From a virus (lineage: Duplodnaviria; Caudoviricetes), in IMG/VR virus record IMGVR_UViG_3300033075_001536, positions 96,001 through 160,000 of that record: DNA of 64,000 nt. The stretch is one strand, 5' to 3'. A model generated the notes under the pieces. That model ran no database searches and was not told where the DNA came from. It worked only from the letters and a program-made list of their open reading frames with translations. The translations under genes and the position numbers were made by a program. Of the stretch, positions 58,976 to 64,000 are shown one piece after another (the stretch's first letter is position 1; every line of letters starts with the position of its first letter).

Positions 58976-60308
58976 CTGGAATTTCCATTTTTTTATCAGG
59001 AATACCACCTTTCTTTTTCTTGTTAGATCCAGCATTTTCTAAATCTTGCAGAACATCCGGGTAGACCTCCCCAGCACCATCCTTATCATATTCAATGGAG
59101 AAAAATTCTCCAAAATCCACTAATCCAGATTTTGTTAGTTCCATTTCATGCATTTTTTTCAAATACATATCAATGGTTCTAGATATCTTATCCACAAAAT
59201 CGTTAAATAGATTTAAAGTTCCCTCTGTAAATACCCCAACTGGCTTTTTCTTTTTCTTATTAAATGATCCAAGTATAATTTTAAAAATATATTCAATTTT
59301 TGGATCATCTCCAATAAATTCTTTAGTTAGTTTATTGGTAATTAATTCCCTATTGATTTTAAATTTATCTTTATCAAAAAATTCCGGAACAACAAAATCA
59401 AAAGCAATTAAATCATGTTTAACTTCAGAAACATAGATGTTAAATAATTTACAAATTAAGTAAATATAAATTTCATCTTTTTTAGTTCCTTTTAATTTTA
59501 TATCTTCAAGTCCAATAGATTGGCAAAATGTTAAGAAATTAAATAATATTAAACTATAAATTTCAATAAATTCGGTTGAATTGGTATCGGATATTCTTTT
59601 GTAAAGTGGGTTTAATAGTTCGAAACTAATTTCCTTATCTTTTATTTTAACGACCAATTTTTCCAAATTATTTTGAAACTCATCATCTTTCATCAAAAAT
59701 GAATTAGTGGATAGTGGATTTAAAATTTTGTAGAAAAAATAAGCAAAGGAAGATTCACCAAAAACATATTCTAGATCTTTTTCTGAAGTGTGTATAAAAT
59801 ACTTTATAGCCTCAATTGCTCTTTGATCTAATTTTCCCTGGAAAACAATGGGTAACATATCTACATTAAATAACCTTGAATATTCATCCAATTCTTCTGC
59901 TGAATAGTTATATTTATTTCCCTTGCAGATAGATGACAAGACTAGTCCATTTTTAGGCATTCTTGAGTAAGTAATATTTGCTGGTTGGTTATCCGGAAAA
60001 TACTCAAAACAAAACCACCAGTTTTTATTTAATAGTCCTTTGACCCTAGTATCTAGTGTATTTAGATAGTTTATTGCTGGATTGTAATAGTTCTGCATAG
60101 CTAGGTCAATCATATTAATCTTTTCAGAAGATATAGATTTTGGTTTTATAGAAAATTCTTTTCCATTCCAGTTGACCCAAATTTTTGATCCCTGAACATC
60201 TTCATAAACTATAATATCACTCCCAAAGATTTCTTCTAAGGTTTTTTGATCGTCTAATCCGTTTAATGTAGCTAGTTTTCCCATGTCTTGACTATTATAC
60301 TCCACCAT
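58941..60308 (-). CDS. RNA ligase (Rnl2)-fold protein with degenerate active site
   Basis: YEDVQGS (motif I lacks Lys), FCFEY, LPIVFQG, LEKLVVK. Confidence 0.55.
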   Translation of the reverse strand: MVEYNSQDMGKLATLNGLDDQKTLEEIFGSDIIVYEDVQGSKIWVNWNGKEFSIKPKSISSEKINMIDLAMQNYYNPAINYLNTLDTRVKGLLNKNWWFCFEYFPDNQPANITYSRMPKNGLVLSSICKGNKYNYSAEELDEYSRLFNVDMLPIVFQGKLDQRAIEAIKYFIHTSEKDLEYVFGESSFAYFFYKILNPLSTNSFLMKDDEFQNNLEKLVVKIKDKEISFELLNPLYKRISDTNSTEFIEIYSLILFNFLTFCQSIGLEDIKLKGTKKDEIYIYLICKLFNIYVSEVKHDLIAFDFVVPEFFDKDKFKINRELITNKLTKEFIGDDPKIEYIFKIILGSFNKKKKKPVGVFTEGTLNLFNDFVDKISRTIDMYLKKMHEMELTKSGLVDFGEFFSIEYDKDGAGEVYPDVLQDLENAGSNKKKKGGIPDKKMEIPDEKLGSKEANQ

Positions 60309-60377
60309 CTTATTTTGTTTTTATGACACATATTTTAAAATGTGGTTTTAATATATATAAAAAAGTGTTTCTATAAA

Positions 60378-61469
60378 ATGCGTTTAAAAAAATTCTTTGA
60401 ATTTAAAGAATCTGACCTAGATCCAATCAAATCTTTTCATTTAAAAGATGAGTTAAATCCAAAACTATGGACAGACTTTGAATTGGATAGAGGAGTGCAT
60501 AAAAATTTGGTAAAAATTGCTACTGACTTTTATGATTCTTTAGAATTGAAGGGAAAAATTAAAGATATTATTCTAACAGGATCACTTTGTAATTATAATT
60601 GGTCTGAAAAGTATTCAGATTATGATTTACACATTTTGGTGAACTTTTCTGATATTTCAGATGATTTGATTTTAGTTAAAAAGTTTGTAGATGCTGCAAA
60701 AACTATTTGGAATAAAGAACATAATATCAAACTAAAGGGATATGAGGTAGAAATTTATATTCAAGACGAAAAGGAAAAACATAGATCAACTGGTGTGTAT
60801 TCTCTTTTAAATGATAAATGGAAAGTAAAACCAAATAAGGAAAAATTCGAAATTGATGAAGATTTAATTGCTAAAAAAGCAGAATCTATTATGTTATCTA
60901 TTGATGATCTAGAAAAAGAGTCAAAAGAAGATTTGCCTTACACAACATTCAAAGGACATGTTAAAAAGGTTTGGGAAAAAATAAAGAAAATGCGTTTAGA
61001 AGCATTAGATGAAGGCGGTGAATATTCAACTGGTAATTTAGTTTTCAAATTATTAAGAAGAAATGGGTACATTGAAAAGATTATGATCATGAAGAAAAAT
61101 GCCTATGAAAAGCAATTTACTTTGAATGAGGGAATTTTGGATTGGTTCAAAGATTCTGAGGAAGATGCAATGGGAAAACAAATACTGAAGAAGTTGGATG
61201 ATGTTGATCCGGAAGATATTGAAATGACAAAGGATAATGGTAATTGGATCCTATTCGCAAAACTTGGTAATAATCTAATAAGAATAGAAAGATCTGTGCA
61301 TTATGGTGCAAGACATATGCATTCAAATCACAATATTACCATAAATGATTCGGAATTACCTTGTTCATCATCTATAAAGGCAAAAATATATAGTAAGTTA
61401 GTAACCATGTATAATGATGAGAAAAAAAGACAAAATATCCAAAAAATATCAACTGACTTGAATATATGA
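60378..61469 (+). CDS. Pol-beta-superfamily nucleotidyltransferase with CTS-like peptide
   Basis: LTGSLCNYNW...SDYDLHI, VEIYIQ, GVYS, NLVFK.LRR.G; starts MRLKKFFEFKES. Confidence 0.75.
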   Translation: MRLKKFFEFKESDLDPIKSFHLKDELNPKLWTDFELDRGVHKNLVKIATDFYDSLELKGKIKDIILTGSLCNYNWSEKYSDYDLHILVNFSDISDDLILVKKFVDAAKTIWNKEHNIKLKGYEVEIYIQDEKEKHRSTGVYSLLNDKWKVKPNKEKFEIDEDLIAKKAESIMLSIDDLEKESKEDLPYTTFKGHVKKVWEKIKKMRLEALDEGGEYSTGNLVFKLLRRNGYIEKIMIMKKNAYEKQFTLNEGILDWFKDSEEDAMGKQILKKLDDVDPEDIEMTKDNGNWILFAKLGNNLIRIERSVHYGARHMHSNHNITINDSELPCSSSIKAKIYSKLVTMYNDEKKRQNIQKISTDLNI

Positions 61470-61897
61470 AATATCTAAAAAAATATGATGAAGGCTTTAT
61501 TGATTGGATCACTAATAAGTTCAAAAAAGAAGAACCAGAAGACACTGATACAGATGATAATAAAATAGCTAAAGGTATTATTAAAACTATTATTCCATCT
61601 ATTGATCCGGATAATATTGAATTTGTTGAAGCAACCTATGATAATGGGAATAAGAATTCCATCAATGTTAAATTAGGAGGTGGTAGCAATTTATACTTAA
61701 CGAAATATTATTCAAATTATGCTTTAAAAGTTGATGATGATGAAATTTTATGTGATGATGGTGATTATAAAGATAAGTCCGGTAAGGTTACAAGAACCAA
61801 TTATAAAAGGGTTATCTATGAACAATTACTTAAAAAGTATAAAGACGAGCAAGCAAGAGTTCGTTTTCAAAGAATTAGTACCAATGTTGGATTATGA
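61466..61897 (+). CDS. CTS-like peptide protein, paralogue of the NTase C-terminal domain
   Basis: EGFIDW...IDPDNIE...IY..L...Y.DE..R...QRIST. Confidence 0.65.
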   Translation: MKYLKKYDEGFIDWITNKFKKEEPEDTDTDDNKIAKGIIKTIIPSIDPDNIEFVEATYDNGNKNSINVKLGGGSNLYLTKYYSNYALKVDDDEILCDDGDYKDKSGKVTRTNYKRVIYEQLLKKYKDEQARVRFQRISTNVGL

Positions 61898-62337
61898 AAC
61901 ATTTAAGAAGAATAAATGAGGATGTCATTACAAGTGATGAGAAAGAGGAATTGAAAAACATCTCAACTGATTTAATTGATATGGGATTTAATATGCAAAT
62001 TGTTGAGGAGGATCAAAATTTTGTCCAATCTGTTAGATCACATTCTATTTATTATAATAAAAGAGTAGATTTTAGAAAAAGATTTGGAAGTAAAAGCTCA
62101 TTTAACTCTAGGTACCAATTTGTCCCAATTGATGATATGGTTAATAACATTGAGGAATATGGAGATTTTGTAAAGGAATTGTCTACCATTCTTCCAGAAA
62201 TAATTTTAAGAATAAAAGATTTAGGATTTAATATTGTACATTTATCTTACTATTTAAATGATATACTTGGTGGAAGTGGTTTTAAGACAGACTATGTTAT
62301 AACAATCAAAATCAAAAAAGAATATATATCTAAATGA
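61894..62337 (+). CDS. CTS-like peptide protein, repeated family
   Basis: MKHLRRINE; ELKNISTDLIDMGF; RIKDLG. Confidence 0.6.
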   Translation: MKHLRRINEDVITSDEKEELKNISTDLIDMGFNMQIVEEDQNFVQSVRSHSIYYNKRVDFRKRFGSKSSFNSRYQFVPIDDMVNNIEEYGDFVKELSTILPEIILRIKDLGFNIVHLSYYLNDILGGSGFKTDYVITIKIKKEYISK

Positions 62338-62813
62338 GAAAATTTTCACAAATAAATGAAAAAACAAATCCTTGGTATGCCAAAGGGCAGATCATTGCTT
62401 GTTTCAAAAGTGATGTGGATGATAAAGTTGTTGATTATTTTCTAAAAAAACTAAAATTAAAAAGAAGAGATTACCATTTTTCTATTGAACCTGGAATGGA
62501 AATGACGGATTCCTATATCATTGATGTTCCCCAAGGAGAAGAAGATAAATATATTAAATTATTACAATCTAATTTAAAAGACGAAATTGAATGGGTAGAT
62601 AGAAGAAATTTAAAATTTGAATTGAGAGCATATACTTCCTCATTTTGCGCTAAAGAACTTCAATCTCTATCAGAAGATACAGAAATTTCTGATCAAGAAT
62701 GGAAAGAAAGAAGTGAAAAAGTAATTGATATTTTAAAAATGATTGCTGTTGAGGATTATACCTTGCTTCGAGGAACTTATAAAGAATTTGATAAGAAATT
62801 TAACGAATTGTAA
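62334..62813 (+). CDS. CTS-like peptide protein
   Basis: MRKFSQINE; VPQGEE. Confidence 0.6.
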   Translation: MRKFSQINEKTNPWYAKGQIIACFKSDVDDKVVDYFLKKLKLKRRDYHFSIEPGMEMTDSYIIDVPQGEEDKYIKLLQSNLKDEIEWVDRRNLKFELRAYTSSFCAKELQSLSEDTEISDQEWKERSEKVIDILKMIAVEDYTLLRGTYKEFDKKFNEL

Positions 62814-62831
62814 CTTTAATATATACTTATT

Positions 62832-63521
62832 ATGATAAAACTATCTGAAATAGAACAAACATTTAAAGACATTTTTGAAGCTGAAGAGGGACTTGTCCAA
62901 TCGGTTGAAACTACTTATGAGCAATCTAAAAATAAAGAATTTTTTAAATTAGTTATCTCTCTACACGGACTTCAATTAAGTGATAACACGATTATACATA
63001 CTAAATTTATTTTTAAAACCGATTTGGGAAAAACACACATCACCAGTGATTCTTTTATTTACTTATATGATATCAATTGTATGTACCATAAAGTGGAATT
63101 TGATTCAGTAATTGATATGAAGAAAAAGGTTCAAGATATAGTGGAATCCATTGATTTTGGAACTGATATTCAAATTTTATCAGATTTTATTGAGGCACCA
63201 GCATCTTTTTTAAATTATTATATGAGAAAAAATGGAATTACAGATTATTCTGTATTTGATGTAAAATATGAACCTAAATTTAAAACCACTCCTTGTGATA
63301 AAACCACCTTTGATTTTGAAATAGATATTAATGATAATTATAAATTTGATTTATCTATAAGAAAGACTGAAAGTGATGAACCAGATGAGCCAAACGCTTA
63401 TCAATTCCAATTCAAATTTATGGATGAGGTGGAAACTGTTGAAACGGACACTCTAAAGAATATTCACTATTTTATCGGTTCTAATATTGCTCGAATGTTG
63501 GATGAAAAATTAAAATCTTAA
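62832..63521 (+). CDS. Hypothetical late protein
   Basis: TAATATATA 6 nt upstream. Confidence 0.6.
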   Translation: MIKLSEIEQTFKDIFEAEEGLVQSVETTYEQSKNKEFFKLVISLHGLQLSDNTIIHTKFIFKTDLGKTHITSDSFIYLYDINCMYHKVEFDSVIDMKKKVQDIVESIDFGTDIQILSDFIEAPASFLNYYMRKNGITDYSVFDVKYEPKFKTTPCDKTTFDFEIDINDNYKFDLSIRKTESDEPDEPNAYQFQFKFMDEVETVETDTLKNIHYFIGSNIARMLDEKLKS

Positions 63522-63524
63522 TCT

Positions 63525-63920
63525 ATGAAAATTAGGAAATTTAATGAGGGAATCGAGCCTGGTCATATGACTCTTCAATATTTATTTGATTCTGCCGATC
63601 AAATTGTTGGAATAAATTTGGATAACGAAAGAAGTTTAAAGTGGTTAGAAGAACATCATAATTTGGAAAATGATTTTACTTTTTCAGATCACTCATTACA
63701 AAAATTTGATGGTGGATATTTTATTTGGCCCGCAAATAATTTTAATTGGGGATTTTTATTTGTATATGTTGGTGATAGTGATACTCCAAAGGCAATTATA
63801 TATGTTGGTGAGCTCTTTAATCCATTTGCTTTTAAGAACATGATAATTTGCCCTGGTAGAGATTATGTTGTTGCTTATGATTGGCAGACTGGAGAATACA
63901 AAAAACATGCAATTAGATGA
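63525..63920 (+). CDS. CTS-like peptide protein
   Basis: MKIRKFNEGIEPGH. Confidence 0.6.
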   Translation: MKIRKFNEGIEPGHMTLQYLFDSADQIVGINLDNERSLKWLEEHHNLENDFTFSDHSLQKFDGGYFIWPANNFNWGFLFVYVGDSDTPKAIIYVGELFNPFAFKNMIICPGRDYVVAYDWQTGEYKKHAIR

Positions 63921-64000
63921 GAATTTTGAAATTTAATGAAGGACTAGAACCACACCACGCAACTTATGGGTATTTATTTAACGCTTGTAAAGTGACAAAT
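63917..64000 (+). CDS. Partial ORF, tandem paralogue of the preceding gene
   Basis: MRILKFNEGLEPHHATYGYLF versus MKIRKFNEGIEPGHMTLQYLF. Confidence 0.6.
   Translation, partial: MRILKFNEGLEPHHATYGYLFNACKVTN

Noticed and set aside
7243-59436. Many antisense or alternate-frame ORFs in the track (for example 7531-7920, 10402-10863, 31189-31656, 53377-53808, 59095-59436)
   Set aside because: They lie wholly within well-supported genes on the other strand or frame and have shadow-ORF composition
1-64000. Stop-codon reassignment, as in some huge phages
   Set aside because: Genes tile densely in code 11, core enzymes are full length, and TAG and TGA both act as stops at gene junctions
1-64000. CRISPR array or canonical tRNA genes
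   Set aside because: No regularly spaced direct repeats seen, and no cloverleaf with GTTCGA T-loop recognised in the few intergenic gaps
1-64000. Eukaryotic giant virus or bacterial chromosome origin
   Set aside because: The gp41-, gp26-, gp23- and gp21-like sequences, bacterial lipoboxes, intrinsic terminators and absence of housekeeping operons indicate a bacteriophage

Overview
AT-rich, densely coded segment of a large T4-related (jumbo/huge) bacteriophage genome using standard code 11. The host is probably Bacteroidota, based on TAnnTTTG promoters, A-rich leaders without Shine-Dalgarno sequences and lipoprotein genes. Recognisable core genes include a class II ribonucleotide reductase, a gp41/DnaB-type helicase, a DinG-type helicase, the N-terminal half of a split family B DNA polymerase, ThyA, a RuvC-like resolvase, a Dam methylase, and baseplate and tail-like proteins. 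Four things stand out. (1) A cassette of unannotated micro-ORFs at 58.5-59.0 kb whose products look like short fragments of a gp23-type major capsid protein and a gp21-type prohead protease, each fused to an RxxKIxxLL tail that also occurs on other degenerate proteins; this is a possible decoy or interference system. (2) A Ro60/TROVE gene preceded by two putative Y-RNA-like ncRNAs with their own promoter and terminator. (3) About 40 ORFs sharing an N-terminal MK(Y/H)LKxF(N)E peptide that resembles the T4 capsid targeting sequence; many are enzymes, including an orphan YoeB toxin. (4) Three distinct promoter classes, one of which appears to produce near-leaderless mRNAs. All family assignments come from motif recognition by eye, and no database search was run.
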